Notes under the pieces: generated by a model
Database searches by the model: none
What the model was told of the DNA's origin: nothing
Seen by the model: the letters and a program-made list of their open reading frames with translations, nothing else
DNA from: Psychrobacter sp. DM4
GTDB taxonomy: Bacteria > Pseudomonadota > Gammaproteobacteria > Pseudomonadales > Moraxellaceae
Assembly: GCF_051307035.1 (NCBI RefSeq)
Contig: NZ_CP195536.1
Span: 2,100,001 to 2,132,000, forward strand
DNA: 32,000 nt
Reading direction: 5' to 3'
Shown here: positions 10,303-19,338 of the stretch, in pieces
How positions within the stretch are numbered: position 1 is the first letter of the stretch
Layout of the letters: each line of letters begins with the position of its first letter
Program-made: the position numbers and the translations under genes

Positions 10303-11688
10303 TCACAGTATACTGGCAACCCGCTTATCTTTCTTGATAGTCTTAGACTGAGCACTTTTATGGCGGCGCTTTTTGCCTTTGTACCAAAGATATACGCCAG
10401 TGACTGATAATACACTTACTGCCAAACCTACTAGCGCTAGGAATACTTGATATAGTAAATGACCAAACCCAAGACTAATATGACCCATGTGCAAGGTTGA
10501 TAACCAATGGTTGGTTTGGCTACCAAATGATGAGTTTTGATAGCCAAAGTTCACACGCTCAACGCTACCAGTTTTTGCATTGACCGTGATGGATGATGCA
10601 CCGCCTTTTTTACCAATATCCTTATTCGTTTTGAAGCGCAGTTGCCACTCGCTCTCATCCTCTATCCAACGTATGCCTAATAACTGCTGTACGCTTATGC
10701 CCTGACTTTGAGTAGCGATTTCAGCCTGCTCGCTCAAATAGGCAATGCTATGGGCTTTATTGACCACATCAACCGTATCGATATCAGCAACCTCATTCTT
10801 TACCGCTTCAATACTAGTACCCATTTCTGTGCGAGAAACTTGTCTACCTGAGGCAGTGTTCGCATTGGGTTGTTGCAGGTTTGCTTGCCTTTCGCCTTGA
10901 TATTCTAATCCGACAACAGCCTGCATCACAGGCTGATAGAATTGAGGAAGATTAAAACCTACGCTTGACCAAGCAATGATAAATAGTATCACCCATAGCC
11001 ACAAACCAAAGGCATGATGCAGATCATAGTTAAGCTTAAAGGTATTGGTCCTGGTACGGATTTTCCAAGCAGGTAGCCAACGCGTTATAAAAGAAGCTCG
11101 TTTTTTTAAGGGGTGGTGCTGATTGAGCTTGGGCTTCTTGTTGGTTACTTTGCGAGGAAAAGTGAGATAAAAGCCAATAAAACAGTTGAGTGTCCATATC
11201 AATGAGATTATACCCAACAAAAGCTTACCTATATCGCCAAGTAATAGCTCACGGTGCAGCCAAAATACTTTCCACATCGTCTTGCGCCACGTCCACTCAT
11301 CTCTATCACGAGTACCGATAATGTCGCCCGTATAAGGGTGAACATAAACCTCTTGAAATCGGGCATTGGACTGATTATTAGCAGCCAGACCTCGGACTCT
11401 ATCTACCGAAAATACTGCTGAGCGCTCAGCCTCTATCGATGTTGGCATACTAGAAAAAGCATACTGCGGGTAAGCGCTAACCACCCTATCATGAAGCGTG
11501 GCAATAGGGAGCTGCGGATTTTGCATCGCTTCAATATAAGCGAGATCTTGATTAAACCGGTGATCAAGCTCTTCGTGAAAGGCTAGCAGAGAGCCTGTTA
11601 GCCCCGCTACAAATAAAAATCCTGCCATGACAAGACCAGTATAATGATGTATCCATAGACAGCTTTGACGTAAGTTAGATGAAGTCAT
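10303..11688 (-). CDS. PepSY-associated TM helix protein (PiuB-like iron-regulated membrane protein)
   Basis: 461 aa. The N-terminal motif is LWIHHYTGLVMAGFLFVAGLTGSLLAFHEELD and the C-terminal motif is HWLSTLHMGH..G, with TM helices at both ends and mid-protein. It sits downstream of a TonB-dependent receptor, which is the usual context. Confidence 0.85.
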   Translation of the reverse strand: MTSSNLRQSCLWIHHYTGLVMAGFLFVAGLTGSLLAFHEELDHRFNQDLAYIEAMQNPQLPIATLHDRVVSAYPQYAFSSMPTSIEAERSAVFSVDRVRGLAANNQSNARFQEVYVHPYTGDIIGTRDRDEWTWRKTMWKVFWLHRELLLGDIGKLLLGIISLIWTLNCFIGFYLTFPRKVTNKKPKLNQHHPLKKRASFITRWLPAWKIRTRTNTFKLNYDLHHAFGLWLWVILFIIAWSSVGFNLPQFYQPVMQAVVGLEYQGERQANLQQPNANTASGRQVSRTEMGTSIEAVKNEVADIDTVDVVNKAHSIAYLSEQAEIATQSQGISVQQLLGIRWIEDESEWQLRFKTNKDIGKKGGASSITVNAKTGSVERVNFGYQNSSFGSQTNHWLSTLHMGHISLGFGHLLYQVFLALVGLAVSVLSVTGVYLWYKGKKRRHKSAQSKTIKKDKRVASIL

Positions 11689-11731
11689 TCTGTTGAGTCT
11701 TAATAAAAGCGATGTGATAAATTTGAGTACG

Positions 11732-11814
11732 CTGACAAGTAGTTACCTTTAGATTTAGTTACTTATTGTGACTAGTTTATTATGACTCGCTTATCGATTG
11801 GCACTACTTGTCAG
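11732..11814. repeat. 12-bp perfect inverted repeat (59-nt spacer) between the receptor gene and the PepSY gene
   Basis: ctgacaagtagt (11732-11743) and actacttgtcag (11803-11814) are exact reverse complements. No T-run follows on either strand. Confidence 0.75.
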
Positions 11815-11874
11815 AAAGTCAGCTCTCTAAATCAAAGAGCCGAATTTTTTGTATTTTAATGGATTGCTTTGATT

Positions 11875-13986
11875 CTAGAATTGATAGCTCAAAGACGCTT
11901 TGATATTGCGACCAGCCTCAAAGTCAGTAGAGGCATCCGCTGTCGTATTAAGACGAGAGGAATGGCTAGCATAAGTTTCATCGAATAGGTTATACACTCC
12001 AAGCGTTGCGGTTACGCCGTCAAGCTGACGCGGTGCATAGTTCATATAAACATCATGTACATCATAGTTTGGCTTTGTATCGCCCTGATTATCGGCAATG
12101 GATGCAACATAAGTACTACGCCATCCTAAACCCACGATATCGCTTGGCTTATAATTTAAGTTCACCATATAGCGATCACCTGAGTCAGCACTACCGCCAC
12201 TCACTGAGGGAATACTATCACCTGTTTGGTCGCCCTCGCTACGCGCGCGCGCGTAGCTCAGTCCCATTCCAAAGTTAGCAGTACTATAGTCAGCTGCTAG
12301 CTCAACGCCTTTGATCTCGTAGTCTTCATCGCTGTTGATCATGCCTTGGCAGTCTTGCAAATTACCAGACGCGCCGCGCTCGCCAGTCGTACAGTTGAGA
12401 CCATAGCGACCTGCGCGATCTCCGGTTCTGACATATTGCTGATAGTTTTCGATATCAGTTATGAAGTATTTGGCACTTAGTTGCAACGCATCATCAGCCA
12501 CTGTCAACCCGCGCAGCGTCGTTGCAATACCGACCTCAGCATTAGAGCCTTCTTCTGACTTTAGATCATCATTAACATAAATGCCAGCACCATTGCTATT
12601 GAAGACGGCCTGCCCTAAGTCAGGGCCATTGAACAGTTGCGTGTAGCTGGCAAATACTTGCGTACTAGGGGCAATCTCGTAACTGGCCGCAAGCGCGCCC
12701 ACGACATTATCATACGTCTGATCGCCCGAGATAAATTCTGGTGATTTATAACGATCATAGCGTACGCCAGGAATTAAGGTGAGCTTGCCTATACTCCATT
12801 GATCCTCGACGTATAAAGAAGTGTTGGTTGCTTCATCACCCCCTCTTTTTTGGAAGTCTCTGGATAAATCGGATTCTTTTTTGTAGTGCTCAACACCTGT
12901 GATGAGCTTATGAGTGCCTTTAATACCTTCGATTACGCTACTGTCAATCAAGCTGGTGTTCTGAATTTTACCGCCTGTCGTTTTTACTGTTGCATCAAAC
13001 TCATAGCGCCCTACATTATCAGAGTCGCGTAATATTTGCGTCTCTGTCTGGTAGATGTTGGTATCAATATCAATCAGCTGACTTGCAGGATTATAAGTGT
13101 GATCAAGCGTATATGTATCGCGGCTTACCTTTTGCGGTATAGGATCATCGGTCAAGCTTGGAAAGTCTGGACGAAACGGAAAAACACCTTCTTTATCTGT
13201 ACGGCTAAAGCTTGCGCCTACGTGGTGATCATTGCCAATGTAAGCGCCGGCTTTTAGTAAAATATTCTCGCCTTCGCTATCTTCAAAAAGCTCGCGCCCC
13301 CTACCATCTTTGCCAGAATTGGCATCTCGCTTACTATAGTAAGCCAATAGATCGATGTCATCAGTCGGTGCGCCATAGATGGTGACTGCGGTTAGTAGCT
13401 CGTCGTTATTGCTAGCATAACCTGCCTTTAACTTAGCACCGATTTTTTGGCCTGACTTGAGTAAGTCTGCCGCATCCACTGTTTCAAATGCAACAGCGCC
13501 GCCCAAAGCATCATTGCCAAGCGTGACAGAATTATTACCCACTGAGACTTCTGCTTGTTTTAGCAAATCTGGGTCAATCGTCACATCACCCATGTGATAA
13601 AACAAAGCGCCCTCTTGGCGTGCGCCATCGATCGTCACTTTTAGATTGGTATCATCAAGACCACGTACTCGTACTCGTTGATTGATTGTTGAGGTACCTC
13701 CTACTGTGACACCTGGTATGACATCCAAAAAATCACTCAAGTGATCGGCTTGCGCCGCTGGCGTATAGTCATCTATGTACACGCTATCTTCTTGTACTTG
13801 GTCCCGTATTGAGGTATTTGCGGTCACCGTGATGGTCTGTAATGTCGTTGTCGGCACGTTATCTGTTGTCGCAGCGCTCGCTACTTGCGACCCTAAAGCT
13901 ATAGCTACACTTATGGATAATACCGTCAATCGTCCACAAATCTTTTGCTCAGTACTGTTTTGATTCGAATACTTGTCTTCACGCAT
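11875..13986 (-). CDS. TonB-dependent outer-membrane receptor (substrate unknown; iron chelate or haem likely)
   Basis: 703 aa with a signal peptide ending QVASA and a TonB-box-like LQTITVTA. The plug motif is VRVRGLDDTNLKVTIDGARQ. A beta-barrel follows, with the terminal sequence ASLSYQF ending in an aromatic residue. Confidence 0.9.
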   Translation of the reverse strand: MREDKYSNQNSTEQKICGRLTVLSISVAIALGSQVASAATTDNVPTTTLQTITVTANTSIRDQVQEDSVYIDDYTPAAQADHLSDFLDVIPGVTVGGTSTINQRVRVRGLDDTNLKVTIDGARQEGALFYHMGDVTIDPDLLKQAEVSVGNNSVTLGNDALGGAVAFETVDAADLLKSGQKIGAKLKAGYASNNDELLTAVTIYGAPTDDIDLLAYYSKRDANSGKDGRGRELFEDSEGENILLKAGAYIGNDHHVGASFSRTDKEGVFPFRPDFPSLTDDPIPQKVSRDTYTLDHTYNPASQLIDIDTNIYQTETQILRDSDNVGRYEFDATVKTTGGKIQNTSLIDSSVIEGIKGTHKLITGVEHYKKESDLSRDFQKRGGDEATNTSLYVEDQWSIGKLTLIPGVRYDRYKSPEFISGDQTYDNVVGALAASYEIAPSTQVFASYTQLFNGPDLGQAVFNSNGAGIYVNDDLKSEEGSNAEVGIATTLRGLTVADDALQLSAKYFITDIENYQQYVRTGDRAGRYGLNCTTGERGASGNLQDCQGMINSDEDYEIKGVELAADYSTANFGMGLSYARARSEGDQTGDSIPSVSGGSADSGDRYMVNLNYKPSDIVGLGWRSTYVASIADNQGDTKPNYDVHDVYMNYAPRQLDGVTATLGVYNLFDETYASHSSRLNTTADASTDFEAGRNIKASLSYQF

Positions 13987-14101
13987 AATCTACTCGCTCT
14001 GTTTCATTCCCAAATTTTTAATTTATGTGAGTGATGCTCACACATCTTAGACTTATCAATAAATAGCTATCGCTAGCAGCAGCAAATTCATTAATACTAA
14101 T

Positions 14102-14120
14102 GTTAATGATAACTATTATC
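14102..14120. promoter_or_regulatory. Fur-box-like operator upstream of the TonB-dependent receptor gene
   Basis: gttaatgataactattatc matches the Fur consensus at 16/19 positions. It lies 116-134 nt upstream of the receptor start codon (13986, minus strand). Confidence 0.65.
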
Positions 14121-14226
14121 ATTTAAATAATGAGAGGCATGATAACCAAGTATTAATACTTTGGCAACAATAAATACAAAATAGTTTTTATACAAATCGC
14201 ATCAGGGTATTTAATACAAACTCGAT

Positions 14227-14397
14227 GTGTGCCATTATCTCGTACGTGCTTTAGGTCGTGACTCTAAATATTTGGTTGTCGATCGTATCAACGATGAAGG
14301 TAATCACTGGCATGAGTTTTGTGTCAAAGAGTGGCACGTTCAGACGAATATTAATCGCGCAGCTAGCATGGATTGTAGAGCTGACGGTGGAATCTAG
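14227..14397 (+). CDS. Possible small Cys/His-containing protein (56 codons, GTG start), or a gene remnant
   Basis: An open frame runs from 14215, with GTG at 14227 as the first start. The translation is VCHYLVRALGRDSKYLVVDRINDEGNHWHEFCVKEWHVQTNINRAASMDCRADGGI. It is below the ORF-track length cut-off and I see no convincing SD, so this is weakly supported. Confidence 0.25.
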   Translation: MCHYLVRALGRDSKYLVVDRINDEGNHWHEFCVKEWHVQTNINRAASMDCRADGGI

Positions 14398-14471
14398 CGT
14401 GAGTGAAGTGAAGTTTATGCTTCGCTAGTTCAGCTTTAGTAAACCGCTTCAATAATAAGTAACGACACATA

Positions 14472-14508
14472 AAAGACAGCCCTCAACTGGGTTGTCTTTT
14501 CTCATTTT
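14472..14508 (+). terminator. Rho-independent terminator-like hairpin upstream of the EamA gene
   Basis: 11-bp stem aaagacagccc / gggttgtcttt (one G-U pair) with loop tcaact, followed by tctcatttt. It lies 75 nt after the small ORF's stop. Confidence 0.6.
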
Positions 14509-14610
14509 AGCATTACCTTTGGGGGTTATATCACACGGCCATTTAGAAGTCTTGAGCGACCAAAAACCTCACAAAACAATGCGATAATTAGATATTAAAA
14601 AGAGAATGGT

Positions 14611-15558
14611 ATGGCAAACACTGGTAACACACTCTCAGCGTGGCAGTCATGGATAGGGACTATTCAGATTATTACCGCAGCGATTTGTTGGGGTACGCTG
14701 GGCATATTTTCGACGTACCTTAATCAAGCGGGTTTTAGCGGTTGGCAAACTACGATCTTGCGAGTCGTGACTGCCGCTTTGATCATACTCGTTATGCTGC
14801 CTAAGTTATGGCCTAATCTACGCAAACTACGAGCAAAACAGTGGCTTGGCTTAGCGATACAGTCGTTAATTGGTGTATTGGGTATGTCGTTGTGCTACTT
14901 TTTTGCCGTAATATACGTCGGTGCTGGCCCTGCTGTTGCTCTACTTTACACCGCACCGGTTTTTAGCTTACTATTTTCAGCATTATTACTGAACGAATCT
15001 ATCACTCGCAAGTCCGGACTCTTAGCGTTGGTCGCCGTGTTCGGCGTCGGGTTAACGATGTTAGGCGATGAGGCACAGATCAACTGGGGCATCGTATTGG
15101 GTCTGCTAGCAGGAATTTGTTATTCATTGTATGGCGTACTTGGTAAACGCGCGATGCATGATGCGCATCCTGCTCCCTTAGTCTTCTTTACCTCTATCGT
15201 CATTAGTGCTAGCGTTCTACTGCTATTGCCTGACACTTATCGGACGTACTATAAGTTATTCAGCTTGCCGTTGCAGACTTGGACTTTTGCTATTGGATTA
15301 TCTTTGATTGGCACAGTAGTGCCATTTGCGCTATATATGAAAGCATTAGAGAAGCTACCTGCTACCCGAGCGTCCGTGTTTACTATTTTTGAGCCATTAA
15401 CGGCTATTGCCTTAGCTATCTTATTATTTAACCAATCGCTCGGATGGATTCAGTACGTCGGTGTCCTGTTAATTTTACTCGCCGCTTTATTTAATGCTCT
15501 ATTGAATGGTACGACGACGCGCGTGCCTCGTTGGTTACAGAGGCGGCAAAAAGTTTAG
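14611..15558 (+). CDS. EamA/DMT-superfamily transporter
   Basis: 315 aa with about 10 predicted TM helices in two similar halves, which is typical EamA-repeat architecture. The C-terminal tail is basic. Confidence 0.85.
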   Translation: MANTGNTLSAWQSWIGTIQIITAAICWGTLGIFSTYLNQAGFSGWQTTILRVVTAALIILVMLPKLWPNLRKLRAKQWLGLAIQSLIGVLGMSLCYFFAVIYVGAGPAVALLYTAPVFSLLFSALLLNESITRKSGLLALVAVFGVGLTMLGDEAQINWGIVLGLLAGICYSLYGVLGKRAMHDAHPAPLVFFTSIVISASVLLLLPDTYRTYYKLFSLPLQTWTFAIGLSLIGTVVPFALYMKALEKLPATRASVFTIFEPLTAIALAILLFNQSLGWIQYVGVLLILLAALFNALLNGTTTRVPRWLQRRQKV

Positions 15559-15676
15559 TCTTATTTTCTAATCTCTATAAGGCAACTGCTGTTGTTCAAA
15601 TAGGAAATAAAAAAAGTTATGTTGAAACTATTATTTTGACTTAAGATAAAGCCTCTAAGTTAATAAATAGGGCTTA

Positions 15677-16160
15677 GTGAGAATAATGGGGAATAACAGT
15701 GCTTATATCAACTCATCAGCTTTGTACAAAGACGGCGTAACGCCTTGCAGGTTTCAAGATTATACCTTTGAAGACGAAGACTTTAGCGGTTATATAGATC
15801 CTAGCGCTAAAGAATTATATGTCTCTAGCAACTGGACGACGGATAGCACAACCCTACTTTATCAAGAGAACGCGACTTACTTGCCATTAGTCTCACAATC
15901 GAAACGGGTTGATCGTGTTTATCAAACTTCAGATAAAGAACTAAACGACAGCTATCGTACGACTATCAGTGATAGTCAAACGGCTATATGGGCAGGATAA
16001 TGCTACCGAATTAAAAAAGGAGCGACGAGAGTGGATCAAACAGCGCTCAGATATTTGCGGTGCTGATGTCGATCATCTACCTAGAAACCAAGTAGAACAG
16101 GTTTGTTTTATACAGAGCAATGAGCGGCGTATGACTGATTATTTGTTGTGGATTGATTAA
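15677..16160 (+). pseudogene. DUF1311/LprI-like (lysozyme-inhibitor family) gene split by a frameshift
   Basis: Two overlapping ORFs (15677-16000 and 15969-16160) together give the DUF1311 pattern. The first supplies ...DKELNDSYRTTISD. The second supplies ELKKERREWIKQRSDICGAD...CFIQSNERRMTDYL. No signal peptide is visible at the N-terminus. Confidence 0.6.
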
Positions 16161-16244
16161 AGCATGTATATGACCTATCAAACATACTCAAGAAACTATT
16201 AAATAGTCATTAAATAACGATGTTAAGTAAGTGGTAAGGGCAAC

Positions 16245-16988
16245 CTATTCACTAATTCGCTGCAAAAACGCTTGCGTACGCGGATGCTTTGAATCCTCAA
16301 ATAACTGCTGCGCACTACCCTCTTCGACCACATGACCATCTTCAATCAACACCACATGATCTGCGACATCACGCGCAAAGTTAATCTCGTGGGTCACAAC
16401 GACCATCGTCCAGCCCTCAGAGGCCAGCTGCTTCATCGTTCCAAGCACGTCTTGTACCAACTCGGGATCGAGAGCCGAGGTCGGCTCATCGAACAATAGC
16501 AAGGATGGCTCAATAGCCAGCGCGCGCGCGATACCTACGCGTTGCTGCTGACCCCCAGACAATTGAAACGGGTACAAATCGGCTTTGTCCGAGAGACCAA
16601 CCTTGTCAAGTAGTCCCAAAGCTTGCTTTCGAGCCTGCGCTTTGGTCTGATTTTGTACCACCGTCGGCCCTAACATTAGATTCTCAATCGCGGTTTTGTG
16701 CGGGAACAGATTATACGACTGAAAGACCATGCCCGCTTTACGTTGTAGTGCAAGCAAGGTCTTCTTTTTGGGTTTGGTAGCAAAGTCGACTGTCAAACTG
16801 CCATCATCGAACGCAATAACGCCTTGATCTGGAATCTCAAGCGCGTTTAGACAGCGCAAAAAGGTCGTTTTACCTGACCCTGATGGCCCTAATATCACCA
16901 CCACTTGACCTTTGTGAATGGTCAAATCGATACCTTTGAGCACTTGATTACTACCAAAGGCTTTGTGAATATTGCTGACTTGAATCAT
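16245..16988 (-). CDS. Polar amino-acid ABC transporter ATP-binding protein (YecC/GlnQ-like)
   Basis: Walker A GPSGSGKTT, Q-loop, signature LSGGQQQRVGIARAL, Walker B LLLFDEPTSALD and H-loop VVVTHE are all present. Confidence 0.92.
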   Translation of the reverse strand: MIQVSNIHKAFGSNQVLKGIDLTIHKGQVVVILGPSGSGKTTFLRCLNALEIPDQGVIAFDDGSLTVDFATKPKKKTLLALQRKAGMVFQSYNLFPHKTAIENLMLGPTVVQNQTKAQARKQALGLLDKVGLSDKADLYPFQLSGGQQQRVGIARALAIEPSLLLFDEPTSALDPELVQDVLGTMKQLASEGWTMVVVTHEINFARDVADHVVLIEDGHVVEEGSAQQLFEDSKHPRTQAFLQRISE

Positions 16989-17059
16989 AACCGTTTCCGC
17001 TGACAGATTGAAAATGCTAATTAAATGGGTACGAGTAAACTGTAAGATAAGCAGTGACG

Positions 17060-17797
17060 TTATTTAGCCACATAGCGATCAAGTCGCGTCTCAAGCTTAC
17101 CTTGGATAAAGGTCAAAAACAGACAAATACCCCAATAAATCACCGCAGCTTCGGTATAGACGAGCATGAACTCATAGTTGCGCGCGGTAATGATCTGCGC
17201 TTGCTTAAACAGCTCAGTGACCAGCACTAATGAGGCAAGTGAGGTGTCTTTTACTAAGCTAATAAACGTATTGGATAACGGTGGTACGGAGACCCGTAGC
17301 GCTTGTGGCAAAATCACGTGACGAAAGGTCTGTAAGTACGTAAGTCCAACAGTCGACCCCGCTTCCCACTGACCCTTTGGAATCGATAAAATCGAGGCGC
17401 GCACCGTCTCTGACGCATATGCACCGATGTTCAGTGAAAAGGCAATAATCGCGGAGGGAAAAGGATCGAGTTTGAGCCCTATACTTGGTAGTCCATAAAA
17501 GATGATAAACAGCTGTACGAGCATCGGTGTTCCGCGAATAGCAGAGACATAAATACGAGCCAGCCTATAGATAACTTCATGGAACCAGCCTGCACGCGGC
17601 ACGATACGAATCAGCGCTACTGTCAGCGCTATAGCCATACCAATAGCAAAGGAGATCAGTGCTAGCGGTATCGAGTAGTAGATACCGCCTTTGAGCATTG
17701 GCCAGAACGAATTAATAACAATCTGCGCCCGATCCGCATCCATAAATGGCAGTAATGCTAATAGCTCAGCGAGCACTGAGGTTATAGACGCTAGCAT
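17060..17797 (-). CDS. Polar amino-acid ABC transporter permease (HisM/YecS-like)
   Basis: 245 aa with 5-6 TM helices. The EAA-type loop is [32 protein letters not shown]. Its start overlaps the stop of the binding-protein gene by 1 nt. Confidence 0.9.
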   Translation of the reverse strand: MLASITSVLAELLALLPFMDADRAQIVINSFWPMLKGGIYYSIPLALISFAIGMAIALTVALIRIVPRAGWFHEVIYRLARIYVSAIRGTPMLVQLFIIFYGLPSIGLKLDPFPSAIIAFSLNIGAYASETVRASILSIPKGQWEAGSTVGLTYLQTFRHVILPQALRVSVPPLSNTFISLVKDTSLASLVLVTELFKQAQIITARNYEFMLVYTEAAVIYWGICLFLTFIQGKLETRLDRYVAK

Positions 17798-18621
17798 TAT
17801 TTTTGCTGGCTTATATCAGCACCAAAGAACTCCTGACTCAGCTTCGTCAGCGTTCCATCAGCTGCTAGAGCAGCCATTGCTTTGTCTAGTTTTGCGACTA
17901 CAGCATCGTCACCTTTGAGCAGTACTAAACCTGAACCTGTCTGCTCACTAGCAGGCGCTACCAATTTTATCTCAAGATCGCTATCTGGGAATTTCTTCAA
18001 ATAATCGAGTACTGCAAGATTATCATTCATCGTAAAGTCAGCGCGGTCTTGCTTGACCAGTTGAATCGCTTGTGCCATTCCTTCGACTGGAATGACTTCT
18101 GCTTCATAATTCTCTGCCAGCTCACCATAATTACTGCTGAGTGATTGCGCACTACGCAAACCTTTTAGACCTTCCCACGAGTTATAGCGACTATCAGCCT
18201 TCGCTGCCAACACTACAGCACCCGACCAGCTATATGCTTGTGATTTATCGTATTTTGCTAAGCGCTCAGGGGTCGTTAGACTGACTTGATTGGCAACCAT
18301 ATCAAAGCGTTTTGAGTCAAGACCTGCTAGCATTGCATCCCACTGGGTTTCTTTAAAATCGACGTCCACTCCTAATTTGTCAGCGACCGCGCGAGTCACT
18401 TCGACATCGTAACCGGTCAGCGCCCCACTCTCGTCATGATAAGTAAACGGCGGATAAGTGCCTTCGGTACCGACGTTGATAGTTCCACCACTATTAATAC
18501 GTTGTAGTAGATCAGATCCAGCAGCGCTATCTGCCTCATTGCTATTAGTGGTGGTTGACTGACCACAAGCGGCAAGTAGTATGGTACTGGCGGCAAGGGC
18601 CAAAAGAGTGCGACGTTTCAT
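17797..18621 (-). CDS. Polar amino-acid ABC transporter substrate-binding lipoprotein (resembles the L-cystine-binding protein FliY/TcyJ)
   Basis: Lipobox LLAACG is present. Type-3 SBP motifs are [31 protein letters not shown] and the C-terminal FFGADI, which parallel E. coli FliY as I recall it. The ligand assignment is an inference. Confidence 0.88.
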   Translation of the reverse strand: MKRRTLLALAASTILLAACGQSTTTNSNEADSAAGSDLLQRINSGGTINVGTEGTYPPFTYHDESGALTGYDVEVTRAVADKLGVDVDFKETQWDAMLAGLDSKRFDMVANQVSLTTPERLAKYDKSQAYSWSGAVVLAAKADSRYNSWEGLKGLRSAQSLSSNYGELAENYEAEVIPVEGMAQAIQLVKQDRADFTMNDNLAVLDYLKKFPDSDLEIKLVAPASEQTGSGLVLLKGDDAVVAKLDKAMAALAADGTLTKLSQEFFGADISQQK

Positions 18622-18785
18622 AGGGCGTCCTTAAAATGAATAAAGCAAAAATGCATAAGGCAAACAAAGTTTTATAAAACCATATTATACAACCCATATA
18701 GGTACTGTATTACTTGGCTCTGATTGCCAGATTTGAGGATAATGCTGGTATCTTTCAATACTATTTTATATTATTTTTCTTCTAT

Positions 18786-19142
18786 TAGGGCGTGTTTGAT
18801 AATTCATAAACGAGCACTGCTGATCACTAAAATGGTTCCAGACACGGCGCAAGTTGAAGATAATGTCTAGACCTTAACTAGACTTGTAACACACTGCTTA
18901 TATAGAGCTGGGGAGAAGTTTTAGCATCAACTCTGAGAACGGATTGAGCAAAGCACTGCTTTGCCCGTTCGCAAGGCGAGAGCTGTGCTTGAGTGGAGAC
19001 AGGACTCTTTTTTGCCGCTCCTTTGATAAAAATAGACGCTTACAAGACTCGTCTTACTATTTTTATCTTGCTTCTAATTTAAGAGCAGCACCTAAAAAAT
19101 AGTCTCTATCAGTGCCATGATCGAAAGATCAAACACGCCCTA
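18786..19142. mobile_element. 357-bp inverted-repeat-bounded non-coding element (MITE-like; possibly a structured RNA locus)
   Basis: 13-bp perfect terminal inverted repeats gggcgtgtttgat (18788-18800) and atcaaacacgccc (19128-19140) are each flanked by TA (18786-87, 19141-42). There is no ORF of 60 aa or more inside. Strong internal hairpins occur at 18937-18970 and 19025-19067. Confidence 0.4.
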
Positions 19143-19267
19143 GTTTTCTATAAAAAATAAGAGTAAACAAAATAAATCGCTGATACTTAAAGTAGTGTCT
19201 AGTTCATATACTTTTGACAAAAATAACTGTGTAAAAACAGTGAGCAGTCACAAGACTATCTACAACC

Positions 19268-19300
19268 AAAAAGCCCCAACCAGTATAGGATTGAGGCTTT
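19268..19300 (-). terminator. Rho-independent terminator downstream of the metE remnant
   Basis: 9-bp stem aagccccaa / ttgaggctt (one mismatch). On the minus strand it is followed by TTTTT (the A-run at 19268-19272 on the plus strand). It lies about 40 nt after the ORF stop at 19339. Confidence 0.6.
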
Positions 19301-19338
19301 ATTATGAATCATAATTAACAGACTATCGAATAAACATG

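Noticed and set aside
12006-13963. Plus-strand ORFs antisense to the TonB-dependent receptor gene (12006-12278, 13036-13257, 13775-13963)
   Set aside because: They are embedded antisense in a confident CDS and their peptides have no family signature.
18621-18630. Partial match (tagggcgt) to the terminal repeat of the IR-bounded element, at the start of the binding-protein gene
   Set aside because: Only 8 nt match, and they coincide with the SD and start-codon context (aaggacgccctATG on the minus strand). This is coincidental.
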